This document shows, one piece after another, positions 20,251 to 30,051 of a stretch of DNA of 64,000 bases. Source of the stretch: Candidatus Bathyarchaeota archaeon (lineage in GTDB: Archaea > Thermoproteota > Bathyarchaeia > Bathyarchaeales > Bathycorpusculaceae). The stretch spans positions 192,001 through 256,000 of the forward strand of contig CAVZIW010000006.1 of assembly GCA_963775465.1 (NCBI GenBank). Direction: 5' to 3'. The notes beneath the pieces were generated by a model, which was not told the origin of the DNA, ran no database searches, and saw only the letters and a list, made by a program, of their open reading frames with translations. Position numbers and translations under genes: made by a program. Each line of letters opens with the position of its first letter. Within the stretch, counting starts at the first letter, position 1.

Positions 20251-21402
20251 TTAAGAATTTGCGTTCGCTGGAACAAACCGCCTCAACCGTTGAAGAGAAT
20301 TCATCTTTTCTTTATCGCCTATTTTAGCTTCCTGAACCGATTCTCTAAGTATTTCGATGGATTGATCCATGGCTTTTCGGTCCACAGGATAAGGAACACC
20401 GTCTTTACCGCCATATGCAAAACTAAATTTAACGGGGTCTTCCCAACTAGGTTCTTCACCATAAACCAGTTCAGCGACAAGCGCAAGTCCCCGTACAGTT
20501 GCGGGTCCAACACCTTGAATGCTGAGAAGTTCTTCATAGTTTCGAGGTTGAAACTCGTATACACGCGATAGAGTATCCCAATTGATGTTTCGGGGCATAT
20601 TAAGCGCAGTTTGGGTTTGCATCCAAGGATCTGTAGTTTCAGGCAACCAAGTCTGCAGAGAAGCTTGATTTTGGGGTTTAGCGGTAGATCGTATGAGACT
20701 GAAAAGTTTCTTGGTCGGTTCTTTGGATAAGTCAACAGATGCCCTGCGGGCGGTTTCGCTTTGTTTTGACACCATATTCAGGGCTCTTACGCGTTTAATA
20801 TTGCAAGCAATGGCGTTGTGTGGTTCAACCACAAAGTCCTTTGTGTTTTCGCTAAGCCAATGGTAACGTCGAGCTGACCGATCTTGGTTACTCATACCTT
20901 GCTGTATAACCGCCCACTTCTCATCTTTAGTTACCAGAAAGGCGTGATGGTAGAGTTGGTAGCCAGCTTGGATCGCAGTGTTGTCCACTTTGGCGGTTAT
21001 ACGGCTAGTGTAGATAAGGTTGTCTATGGTTTGTTGCGAAAAACCGAATTTTTCTCCAACTACCACAATGTCGCCAGGAGTCTTCCTTGACGTTTTTCCT
21101 TTGCCACCACACAAAGCAACTCCATGATCCTCGGGAGACAAAGCTCCTTTAAGAATTCCAGTAACAACCGTAGTCACACCTGAACTATGCCAGTCATAAG
21201 CCAAAACGCAGCCAAAAGCTTGAAACCAATATGGATCGGAGAGGCGCTGAATAAATTTATCTGCACCATACTCTTCAATCATGATATTAGCGATTTCCCT
21301 TGCAAGCTTACGCATTCGCACAGTAAGCCATGAAGGCGCTTTGCCACCGTGAAGGGGCAAGTTTGCAGTACCAGTCCGACCTCCTAACGAACAATGCTGC
21401 AA
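20251..21402 (-). CDS. DUF763 family protein
   Basis: LPLHGGKAP.WL, DWHSSGVTT, HhH GVGPATVRGL, DP.KFSFAYGGKDGVPYPVD. Confidence 0.92.
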   Translation of the reverse strand: MQHCSLGGRTGTANLPLHGGKAPSWLTVRMRKLAREIANIMIEEYGADKFIQRLSDPYWFQAFGCVLAYDWHSSGVTTVVTGILKGALSPEDHGVALCGGKGKTSRKTPGDIVVVGEKFGFSQQTIDNLIYTSRITAKVDNTAIQAGYQLYHHAFLVTKDEKWAVIQQGMSNQDRSARRYHWLSENTKDFVVEPHNAIACNIKRVRALNMVSKQSETARRASVDLSKEPTKKLFSLIRSTAKPQNQASLQTWLPETTDPWMQTQTALNMPRNINWDTLSRVYEFQPRNYEELLSIQGVGPATVRGLALVAELVYGEEPSWEDPVKFSFAYGGKDGVPYPVDRKAMDQSIEILRESVQEAKIGDKEKMNSLQRLRRFVPANANS

Positions 21403-21694
21403 GATTCCAAGCGCTCCTTACTCTCAACACAAAAAGGAAACAAGCCAATTTAAAAATAGCTACAACTTTTCTCCAAAAAATACCCTAAATACTGGACCGA
21501 TTTAGCACTAAACATGTAGAATAAAAAAATCTCCCAATATATCTCGATAAAGAGCCAATAACAAATTCAAATCGTAACATATCACAAAACTCCACTGTAC
21601 CAAAAAACGAAATAACACGTCAATGAACCAAACATATCTGTAATACACAAGTCTTTTATGACCTGAATTTCATCTCGCGTTAGGTACAAATACA

Positions 21695-22324
21695 ATGAGA
21701 AAAATGCAGGTTCAATCCTCCTCTACTAAACCGAAGAGCAAAATCAAATTAAGCCAAATAATTCCAGTAATCATAATCGTTGCATCATTTGCTGGAGCGC
21801 TGTACTTTTCCGGTTTTTTTGACAATTTTACCTCCGACCCGAACCCTGCAGACTTCACAGACAATGTCATCTCTGACGGAGGAAAACTTACCCCTACAAG
21901 AAACATAGAAGGAACATGGAAAACAACATTTTCCACACAATTCACAATTGCAACAGACTACGAAAACTTTGGGCAACTCGCCAATGTGGGCACAGAAGAC
22001 CGAACAATGACTTGGACTATAACAGGAACAAGCGACGAAAACGTTGTATTAGTAAACGTAGAGTTTGACTATTCCAACAGACAATTAACCTCTGAGTCAG
22101 GTTACACTCCAGACACTTCATTTATGCAATTAACAGGAATAATCAATGGAACGCAACTGACATTAACTAAGGGAAATGCTGGACCCATTAAACAAATTGG
22201 CACAATTGGCGAATTTACTTTCACCTCGACCCAGATGGAAGGAACATGGCATGACCACTGGACTGGCGTCTGGGAACAAAACGTTTACACTCCGACCAAC
22301 GGTTTGAAACTAACAAAACAATAA
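21695..22324 (+). CDS. Membrane-anchored beta-rich hypothetical protein
   Basis: Single N-terminal TM then Thr-rich beta domain with two EGTW motifs. Confidence 0.75.
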   Translation: MRKMQVQSSSTKPKSKIKLSQIIPVIIIVASFAGALYFSGFFDNFTSDPNPADFTDNVISDGGKLTPTRNIEGTWKTTFSTQFTIATDYENFGQLANVGTEDRTMTWTITGTSDENVVLVNVEFDYSNRQLTSESGYTPDTSFMQLTGIINGTQLTLTKGNAGPIKQIGTIGEFTFTSTQMEGTWHDHWTGVWEQNVYTPTNGLKLTKQ

Positions 22325-22441
22325 AGATACAAAATCAATATCAATAAGAAATTAAAAATAATCTGACAATAATTAACCATTTATCCTTTTTAAACTCATT
22401 AAGAAATAGCGGGAAATAGCGGGAAAACCAAACATTTACTG

Positions 22442-22654
22442 CTATGGTTTGTAAATAATTAAGTAATCCTTGTTCTGTTCACAAGAGAGCCCTCTATCAT
22501 TTAGGAGACTCCCTATTTTTTGGCTGTCATAATCTCCTTTAATTTTCAATATACATTTTTCTGGAGCCCCTTGTTCAATCGAAACCAAATTGGGAAGAAC
22601 AAAACCATTAGCAACTAGTTCAGTAAACAGAGCAACAGCCTCTTTCCTATTCAC
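22442..22654 (-). CDS. Small hypothetical protein (NRKEA...IYKP family)
   Basis: GTG start with GGGAG RBS; paralog at 9297-9514. Confidence 0.7.
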   Translation of the reverse strand: MNRKEAVALFTELVANGFVLPNLVSIEQGAPEKCILKIKGDYDSQKIGSLLNDRGLSCEQNKDYLIIYKP

Positions 22655-22853
22655 AGTGTTCTCCCACACAGCCTCTTTAAAGTATATTCTTAATAACGTT
22701 TTGCATAAACAAGCAAATCAAATATTGAAACAAAGAATACCTGAAAAGAAGAAATAAAGCTAAAACCACTTGTTGTTCTTGGATGTGACAACATTGCTTC
22801 TTATACTGTAATGATATTTTAATGTTGAATAAAACTCTGAAAGTGTCTCTTGC

Positions 22854-22979
22854 ATGGCTGTCTGCCCGAATTGCGGAAATGAGGTCGCTATACCCGATAG
22901 AAAATTAGAAAATTCAGTGTTCTGTTTGTCACTTTTCATTTGCCCAAATTGCAAAATTAGCTTTAAAACCACTTATTAG
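22854..22979 (+). CDS. Small CPxCG-type zinc-ribbon protein (41 aa)
   Basis: Read by hand: MAVCPNCGNEVAIPDRKLENSVFCLSLFICPNCKISFKTTY; paralog at 33693. Confidence 0.75.
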   Translation: MAVCPNCGNEVAIPDRKLENSVFCLSLFICPNCKISFKTTY

Positions 22980-23079
22980 CTTTCTTACGCGAAACCAGCC
23001 TGTATTAGCTATATATTTCCCTAATTGTTTTTGAAGTTTCCGGGGTTCGTTGCATTCAGATTTATCATTGGTTATTATT

Positions 23080-25851
23080 CTAAACGTGATCATGTTTACT
23101 TAAGTCCTCTGATGTTTTGGCAAATTTTCTGCTAAAGAGCTTGCGGAGTTCTTCAGCAAAAATAACAACAATTGCAAGTAATAATAGATAAAGCCAGTCA
23201 GTGAACCCGAGAGCGGTCGTTCCGAAAACTTCCTGCATTAACGGGACGTAAACCAATAATGCGAGGATCGACAGTTGTGATACGATTCCGAAGATTATCC
23301 ATTTGTTTTTAGCCAAACTGGTTTTGAAGATTGATTGCTTACTAGTTCGGCAGGCTAAAACGTTCCCTGCTTGAGCAACAACGATACCTGCAAACGTCAT
23401 TGTTACTCCTTTTATGTACACTTGACTATCTGCAGCTAGACTCTGACCAAACTGCCAACCTCCAGCTGTCCAAGCGCTAAAACATCCGATCATGGCACCT
23501 ACTGCAATGATCATTCCTATGAAGAATGACCTGCCAAAGACTCTGCGTGTGAAAAGTTTCTCTCTTGAGCTTCTCGGTGGCTCTTGCATGATTCCTGCTT
23601 CTGGAGGTTCCCGACTAAGCGCCAAACTTGGAATAACATCAATAGCCAAGTCAATAGCTAATACCTGAACTACAAGTAACGGAAGTGGAATTGCTAAAAT
23701 CGCATAAAGTACGTAAGGAATGAGTTCTGCCCAGTTGTGGCTGAAAACGTAAACGATAAACTTGCGGATGTTCTCGTAGATTGCCCTGCCAGATTCAACA
23801 GCTTTTACTATTGAAGCAAAACTGTCGTTAAGCAAAACTATGTCTGCGGCTTCGCGCGCCACATCAGTTCCAGATGCACCCATGGCAACACCGATATCAG
23901 CTTCTTTAAGTGATGGCGCATCATTAGCTCCGTCACCAGTAACCGCAACTACCTCTCCACTTTCCTTTAGAACCGTCACGATTCGCAGTTTCTGTTCTGG
24001 AGAAACGCGTGCAAAAATAACATTACCCTTTTTGACTTCATCAACTATTGCTTGGTCGCCTAAATCTTCTAGGTCCACTCCGCGGATAACTTGGCTAAAT
24101 TCTTTTTCAACGATACCTACTTCTTGAGCGATAAATTGCGCGGTTGGACCATAGTCACCGGTGATTATGACTGTTTTAATTCCTGCTTGTTTGGCTTCTG
24201 AAACTGCGTCTTTTACCTCTTTTCTGGGGGGATCCCGCATTGCAGCTAAACCGACAAAAATAAGGTCTTTTTCTAATTCTTCATCTTTTTTGTACTCAGA
24301 TTTGGGGATTTCTCTATAGGCCGCAGCTATTACACGTAAGCCTTCGACAGCGAACTCGTGAATTCTTCCTTCAATCCACATCAAATTATCAGAAGTCAAC
24401 GTTTCAATTTTGCCGTCAACAAACACTTTTGTACATATGTCCAAAACATTTCTTGGTGCACCCTTCGTGTAGACAACGATGTTATCATCTTTGATTTGAT
24501 GAATCGTGCTCATGCGTTTGCTTTCAAAATTAAAAGGTAAAATGTCAATGTTTGGCTTTTCATTAATAAGTTCTTCAATATTTTGACCATATTTTAATGC
24601 CGCAACTAGCAATGCACCATCGGTGGGGTCGCCGATTACGCTCCAGTTACGATTTCGGTCAGAAGGTGGTTCAATTTTGGCTACGTTACAAAGAGCGGCA
24701 ATCTCAAGAAGCTTGTCGAGTGATTCTGTTTCGTCTTCTTTAAGTGGTTCTCCGTTAGTGGTGAAATCTCCAACTGGCATGTAGCCTAAACCAGAAACCT
24801 CAACCACTTTATCTTTAACCCAGAGCTTATTAACAGTCATCTCGCCCTTAGTGATAGTGCCTGTTTTGTCAGTACAAATCACCGTAACGCTACCTAAAGT
24901 TTGAACCGCGGATAATCTTTTAACTACAACATTTTGTTTGACCATCTTGAGCACGTTAATAGCTAAAGCGCTCGAAACAGTAACCTGCAAACCTTCAGGG
25001 ACACAACACACCATAACACCGATCATGAAAAATATGCTTGTAGCAAGAGAATTCGTAATAAGATAACTTACAAACAGAAAAATGACGCCCACACATATAG
25101 CTATTATGAAATCATACTTTGCCATGGACGCTATTTCTTTCTGAAGAGGGCTCTCTTCTTCACGAATCGTCTGCGTTAGACTTGCAATTCTGCCAAACTG
25201 CGTCGCCATTCCGGATGCATAAACGACCGCTTTGCCACGACCTTTGGCAACACTGGTGCTCATAAAGACGAGGTTGGGTGAATACAAATACGCTTTCTCA
25301 ACAACCTTAACAGTTGCAGCATCTCGCGGCTGAGGTTCCGATTCACCTGTCAAAGGAACATTATTAGTCCACAAATCGAATGTCTCTATCAAGCGGGCAT
25401 CTGCAGGAACCCGGTCTCCTTCCTCGAGAAAAATTACGTCTCCTGGCACGATTTCTCGAACAAGAATTTTCTTTACTTCGCCATCACGGAAAACTTTAGC
25501 GTATTCTGGCATCCAACTTTTGAGGGTTTCCATAGCTTTTTCAGCGCGAGATTCTTGGAAGATGCTTACAAAAATGTTGACGAAAACCACTGCAAGGATT
25601 ATTAAAGCCAATTCTGGATTTGTAGGGTTTGAAATGTAAGAAAGGACTGCCGCCACAAGCAACAGAATTCCGAACAAATCTTTGAGGTGCTCAATGAATT
25701 TGTGGATTAAGGGGATTTGTCTTTTTTCTGTTAACTTGTTGTAACCGTATTTTTTGAGTCGAAGTTTAGCTTCTTCACTGCTTAAACCATTCTCAGATGT
25801 TTTTAGGTCATTGAAAACCTTGTCAATAGACATGGAGGCAGCTTTTTCCAA
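23080..25851 (-). CDS. Cation-transporting P-type ATPase, type II
   Basis: LTGES, PEGL, DKTGT phosphorylation site, KGAP, TGDGANDAPSLK. Confidence 0.95.
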   Translation of the reverse strand: MEKAASMSIDKVFNDLKTSENGLSSEEAKLRLKKYGYNKLTEKRQIPLIHKFIEHLKDLFGILLLVAAVLSYISNPTNPELALIILAVVFVNIFVSIFQESRAEKAMETLKSWMPEYAKVFRDGEVKKILVREIVPGDVIFLEEGDRVPADARLIETFDLWTNNVPLTGESEPQPRDAATVKVVEKAYLYSPNLVFMSTSVAKGRGKAVVYASGMATQFGRIASLTQTIREEESPLQKEIASMAKYDFIIAICVGVIFLFVSYLITNSLATSIFFMIGVMVCCVPEGLQVTVSSALAINVLKMVKQNVVVKRLSAVQTLGSVTVICTDKTGTITKGEMTVNKLWVKDKVVEVSGLGYMPVGDFTTNGEPLKEDETESLDKLLEIAALCNVAKIEPPSDRNRNWSVIGDPTDGALLVAALKYGQNIEELINEKPNIDILPFNFESKRMSTIHQIKDDNIVVYTKGAPRNVLDICTKVFVDGKIETLTSDNLMWIEGRIHEFAVEGLRVIAAAYREIPKSEYKKDEELEKDLIFVGLAAMRDPPRKEVKDAVSEAKQAGIKTVIITGDYGPTAQFIAQEVGIVEKEFSQVIRGVDLEDLGDQAIVDEVKKGNVIFARVSPEQKLRIVTVLKESGEVVAVTGDGANDAPSLKEADIGVAMGASGTDVAREAADIVLLNDSFASIVKAVESGRAIYENIRKFIVYVFSHNWAELIPYVLYAILAIPLPLLVVQVLAIDLAIDVIPSLALSREPPEAGIMQEPPRSSREKLFTRRVFGRSFFIGMIIAVGAMIGCFSAWTAGGWQFGQSLAADSQVYIKGVTMTFAGIVVAQAGNVLACRTSKQSIFKTSLAKNKWIIFGIVSQLSILALLVYVPLMQEVFGTTALGFTDWLYLLLLAIVVIFAEELRKLFSRKFAKTSEDLSKHDHV

Positions 25852-26493
25852 AATTAATCAATCCAGCGTAAAGAAACAATTAGTTATTTTATGAGCGAGC
25901 CCAACAAAAGATGAATGTTATTGGTGTGGAAGCGAGTTTATTTCGTAAATCACTATTTATTGTCGCCGTAATTGTTTGAGGATCCATTATATCATCAGCG
26001 TTAAACCTTTCTTATACTACGGTGTTTATTTTTTTGGTTAATGTTTATAGTTCCATTTAAACTAATCGGGTGGTAAGCTGTTTTTAGCCACAAAATACTG
26101 CACATTAAACATGCATTATATTCAAATAAAAACGGGGCTATTTAACATTATATTATTTTTTGAATATAAATTTTTTAGTAATAAAACAAAGCTAATTTAT
26201 CTACTTCAGAAAAAATTTTTTCACAACCTCAAAATCCAGTCAACCAACTTAACCTTGGGCTGAAAACAGGGGTTAGCTTATAACGGATTTTAAGGAAAGA
26301 AATCGCGGCAAAGCTTTTTTTCGAGGTAATTTTTGTCAATTTGTTTTAATGATTCATGCCATAAACTTAATAGGCGACAAATTCACTTTCCATGTAGCTT
26401 ACCAAATTTCACGAGAGACTTAGCAATGCTTCAAATAATTAAGAAACAGCCCTTTAAAGTAAAAAATACAACTAATAAGGAGATTGAATAACT

Positions 26494-28710
26494 ATGGCGC
26501 GTTATAGGCAAACTGAAGAAATTGTAAAATTAATGAATAATCCACAAATTATACGCAACTGCAGCATCATTGCTCACGTTGACCACGGAAAAACCACTCT
26601 ATCCGACAGCCTTTTGGCACACGCTGGAATCATCAGTACACAAACAGCTGGACAAAAACTATTCTTGGACAGCTGGGACCTAGAGCAGAAACGTCAAATG
26701 ACCGTTTTCGCCTCAAACGTCAGCTTAGTCCACACCTTCAACAATCAAGATTACCTCATAAACCTAATTGACACACCCGGACACATTGACTTCTCAGGTG
26801 CAGTCACAAGAAGCCTTCGCGCAGTCGACGGAGCACTCGTCGTCGTGGACGCAGTTGAAGGCCCAATGACCCAAACCGAAACCGTTCTCATGCAAGCTCT
26901 CCGAGAACGCGTTAAACCAATCCTATTTATCAATAAAGTGGATCGCCTTATCAAAGAAATCAAACTAACACCTGCAGAAATCCAAAAGAAATTTGCAAAG
27001 ATTCTACTCCGTGTTAATAACTTGATCGAGAAATACGCTCCGCCAGAACACAAACAAGACTGGCAAGTGAAGATCGAGGACAGTCGTGTCGCTTTCGGCT
27101 CTGCCCTTCACAAATGGGGTCTAAACCTTGATCACATGAAGCTAAAGAAAGTCAGCTTCCAAGATATCATCGATGCTTATACGGGTGACCCAGCAGATGT
27201 TGGCAAAAAAGTAGATGAACTAAGCAAGAGAGCGCCTCTACCCGAACCAATCCTCGACATGTTCTGCAAACATTTGCCAAACCCATTAGTCGCACAACCA
27301 TATAGGCAACCACAGATTTGGCCCGGTGACCCAGAAAGCGCAGTTGGTAAAGGTATGGCAACAGTCGACCCTAACGCACCTCTACTTATGTGCATATCCA
27401 CAATCGAAGTTGACCCCCACAGCGGAACAGTCGCTATCGGCAGAATCTTTAGTGGCGCCATTACAAAAGGCAAACAAGTCCAACTTGTCAGCGCCAACCA
27501 AAAAGGTACAATTCAACAAGTTTTTATGAGTATGGCAACTGACCGAGTATTCATAGACCGAGTACCAGCAGGCAACATCGGTGCAATATCTGGTTTACCG
27601 GCATTGCACGTAGGCGAAACCATCGGGGAAGAAGGAGTAGAGATTCACTCTTTTGAAGGATTACAATACGTTTCAGACCCAGTTGTAACCGTCGCAGTAG
27701 AACCCGAAGACGTCAAAGACCTGCCATTGTTTGACAAAGTAATGCATAAACTCACAACTGAAGACCCAAACCTGCACTTTAAAATGAACAAAGAAAGTGG
27801 CGAATTCCTCCTTTCAGGTATGGGTGAACTCCACCTTGAAATTACAGCTTACCGAATGCAAGAAGCAGGCCTAAAAGTCAAACTCAGCAAACCCATCGTA
27901 ATCTACCGAGAAACCATCAGCCACGACTACAAAGGTCCAGCAATCATGGGAAAAAGCCCAAACAAACATAACAAACTCTGGATAACCATAGAAAAACTCG
28001 CGCCTGAAATCATCGAAGCCATAAAATCAGAGAAAATCAATGACATGCAAAACAAAGACGAACGCACAAAGATTCTCCGCGGCTTAGGCTGGGCACCAGA
28101 CGACGCCAAAGGAGCAGTCGCCGTCGAAGAAAACAACATTCTCTGCAACCGCATCCGCGGACGACAATACGTAGAAGAAATCATTGACCACATCAAAACA
28201 GGTTTCCGCGAAGCAGTACACACCTCACCACTAGCCAAAGAACCAGCTTATGGCCTAAAGATTAACCTCGAAGACATAACCTTACACGAAGATCCCGTTC
28301 ACCGCGGACCTGCACAAGCTATCCCAATGACTTGGAGACCAATCTATTGTGCAATCCTACTCAGCAACCCGAAACTGCTCGAACCAATGATGAGTTTCGA
28401 ATGCAAAGTCCCAAGCGAATTCGTCAGTTCAGTCATTACACTACTCAACAAGCGACGAGGAAAAATCATAGACATGCCCTCTGAAGAAGACATGATCACC
28501 GTTAAAGCTGAAATGCCAGTTTCCGAATCCTTCGGCATTGCCGACGAACTGCGAAGCAGCACGCAAGGACGAGCCTTCTGGGCAACACAGTTCAGCCGTT
28601 GGGCAACAGTTCCCGAACAGATGCAGGCTGAAATAGTCAAGAAGATTCGAGAACGCAGAGGCTTATCACCAATTCCGCCAAAGCCAGAAGAATACTTCGA
28701 AAACGAATAA
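26494..28710 (+). CDS. fusA: Elongation factor 2 (archaeal)
   Basis: AHVDHGKTT, DTPGH, NKVD, GMGELHLE, diphthamide loop HEDPVHRGPAQ. Confidence 0.97.
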   Translation: MARYRQTEEIVKLMNNPQIIRNCSIIAHVDHGKTTLSDSLLAHAGIISTQTAGQKLFLDSWDLEQKRQMTVFASNVSLVHTFNNQDYLINLIDTPGHIDFSGAVTRSLRAVDGALVVVDAVEGPMTQTETVLMQALRERVKPILFINKVDRLIKEIKLTPAEIQKKFAKILLRVNNLIEKYAPPEHKQDWQVKIEDSRVAFGSALHKWGLNLDHMKLKKVSFQDIIDAYTGDPADVGKKVDELSKRAPLPEPILDMFCKHLPNPLVAQPYRQPQIWPGDPESAVGKGMATVDPNAPLLMCISTIEVDPHSGTVAIGRIFSGAITKGKQVQLVSANQKGTIQQVFMSMATDRVFIDRVPAGNIGAISGLPALHVGETIGEEGVEIHSFEGLQYVSDPVVTVAVEPEDVKDLPLFDKVMHKLTTEDPNLHFKMNKESGEFLLSGMGELHLEITAYRMQEAGLKVKLSKPIVIYRETISHDYKGPAIMGKSPNKHNKLWITIEKLAPEIIEAIKSEKINDMQNKDERTKILRGLGWAPDDAKGAVAVEENNILCNRIRGRQYVEEIIDHIKTGFREAVHTSPLAKEPAYGLKINLEDITLHEDPVHRGPAQAIPMTWRPIYCAILLSNPKLLEPMMSFECKVPSEFVSSVITLLNKRRGKIIDMPSEEDMITVKAEMPVSESFGIADELRSSTQGRAFWATQFSRWATVPEQMQAEIVKKIRERRGLSPIPPKPEEYFENE

Positions 28711-28737
28711 GCGGAAATCCGCTTCTATTTCTTTTTT
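28709..28737 (+). terminator. Hairpin + T-tract terminator after EF-2
   Basis: AAGCGG-AAAT-CCGCTT followed by CTATTTCTTTTTT. Confidence 0.6.
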
Positions 28738-28834
28738 CGTTCAATTTCTAATCTGTAAAAACATCTATAATGCAATTAATCAAATTCGGTAGTCATTATG
28801 GTAATGCTTTAATTCGAAGTATTGATTAATTTCA

Positions 28835-29431
28835 TTGAGTAATATGATAGTCGGCATTTGTGGCAGCCCAAGAAAGCAAGCTACAGAATACGTTCTTGAA
28901 GAAGCCCTAAAAATGTTGGAAGAAAAAGGCTTTAAGACTAAGCTTTGGACTGTTCGAGGAAAATGGGTAGACTATTGTGCACACTGCGATTACTGCCTCA
29001 GAGAAAAAGAGTGTGTAGTGCAAGATGATTTACAAGAACTCTACGCATTGCTCGCGGAAGCAGAAGGGATCATTTTTGCATCTCCTGTATACAATGGGGG
29101 AGTAAGTGCTCAAATTAAAGCAGTGATGGATAGAATGCGAGCGCCCGTAGCTTCAGACAAGAATTTTTTCAAAGGAAAAATAGGTATGGGCATTGTAGTT
29201 GGAGGAGACAGGCAAGGGGGACAAGAATTTGCTTTAATGCAGATACACACCTTCTACATCATTAACGGCATGATTCCTGCAAGCGGCGGCTTTTTTGGAG
29301 CAAACTTAGGCGCAACTTTTTGGTCAAAGGACACATTAGACGGCGTCAAGTTGGATGAGGAAGGATTTAGAAGCTTAAAAAAAACCACGAAACGATTTGC
29401 TGAATATCTTCAGCTTTACACTAAAAAATAA
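28835..29431 (+). CDS. Iron-sulfur flavoprotein / NADPH-dependent FMN reductase family
   Basis: GSPRK, CAHCDYC....C, ASPVYNGGVSAQIKAVMDR, GGQE. Confidence 0.9.
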   Translation: MSNMIVGICGSPRKQATEYVLEEALKMLEEKGFKTKLWTVRGKWVDYCAHCDYCLREKECVVQDDLQELYALLAEAEGIIFASPVYNGGVSAQIKAVMDRMRAPVASDKNFFKGKIGMGIVVGGDRQGGQEFALMQIHTFYIINGMIPASGGFFGANLGATFWSKDTLDGVKLDEEGFRSLKKTTKRFAEYLQLYTKK

Positions 29432-29443
29432 TTGTGAACGAAA

Positions 29444-30028
29444 ATGACTGAAGCAAAAATTAAAAAAACCAAAGTCGCTTGGGGAATTACAGGCGCAGGC
29501 GACAAAATAGCTGAAATTATTGAAACCATGAAAGACCTGAAGAAACAGTCAGAAGGAATCGTTGAAATCCACGTCTTCCTTTCCAAAGCAGCCGAAATTA
29601 TGCTTAAATTTTACCGTCTAGAAGATGATTTGCGCCAAAACTTTGCCAAAGTCACGGTTGAATCAAATTCTAATTCACCGTTTTTGGCAGGCATGATGCA
29701 GAGTCACAAATACGAGTTTCTTCTGATTTTTCCGGCATCATCAAACACAGTTGCAAAAATAGTCAACAGCATCAGCGACACGCTGCTCACGAATTCAGCG
29801 CTTATGAGCCTCAAAGCTTTTGTTCCAGTGTGGATTATGCCAGTGGATTTTAAAGAAAACGTAATCTACACTAAACTGCCCAATGGCAAGGAAATGAAAT
29901 TACGGGTACGCAAAGAGGAAGCAGATCAGGTCCGTAAACTTGAAGCAACGGAAGATGTTCATGTTTTTGAAAATCCTCAAAAAGTACGTGAGGCCTTTTT
30001 GAACTGGCTAAAAACCGTTAACGGATAG
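29444..30028 (+). CDS. afpA: Archaeal flavoprotein (AfpA-like, HFCD family)
   Basis: VAWGITGAG, PASSNTVAKIV..ISDTLLTN, MPVD, TKLP.G..MKLRVR. Confidence 0.75.
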   Translation: MTEAKIKKTKVAWGITGAGDKIAEIIETMKDLKKQSEGIVEIHVFLSKAAEIMLKFYRLEDDLRQNFAKVTVESNSNSPFLAGMMQSHKYEFLLIFPASSNTVAKIVNSISDTLLTNSALMSLKAFVPVWIMPVDFKENVIYTKLPNGKEMKLRVRKEEADQVRKLEATEDVHVFENPQKVREAFLNWLKTVNG

Positions 30029-30051
30029 CGCCAAAAAGCCTCTATTTTTCT

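Noticed and set aside
22404-22426. Tandem repeat AAATAGCGGG x2
   Set aside because: Only two units and no spacers; not CRISPR or an iteron array.
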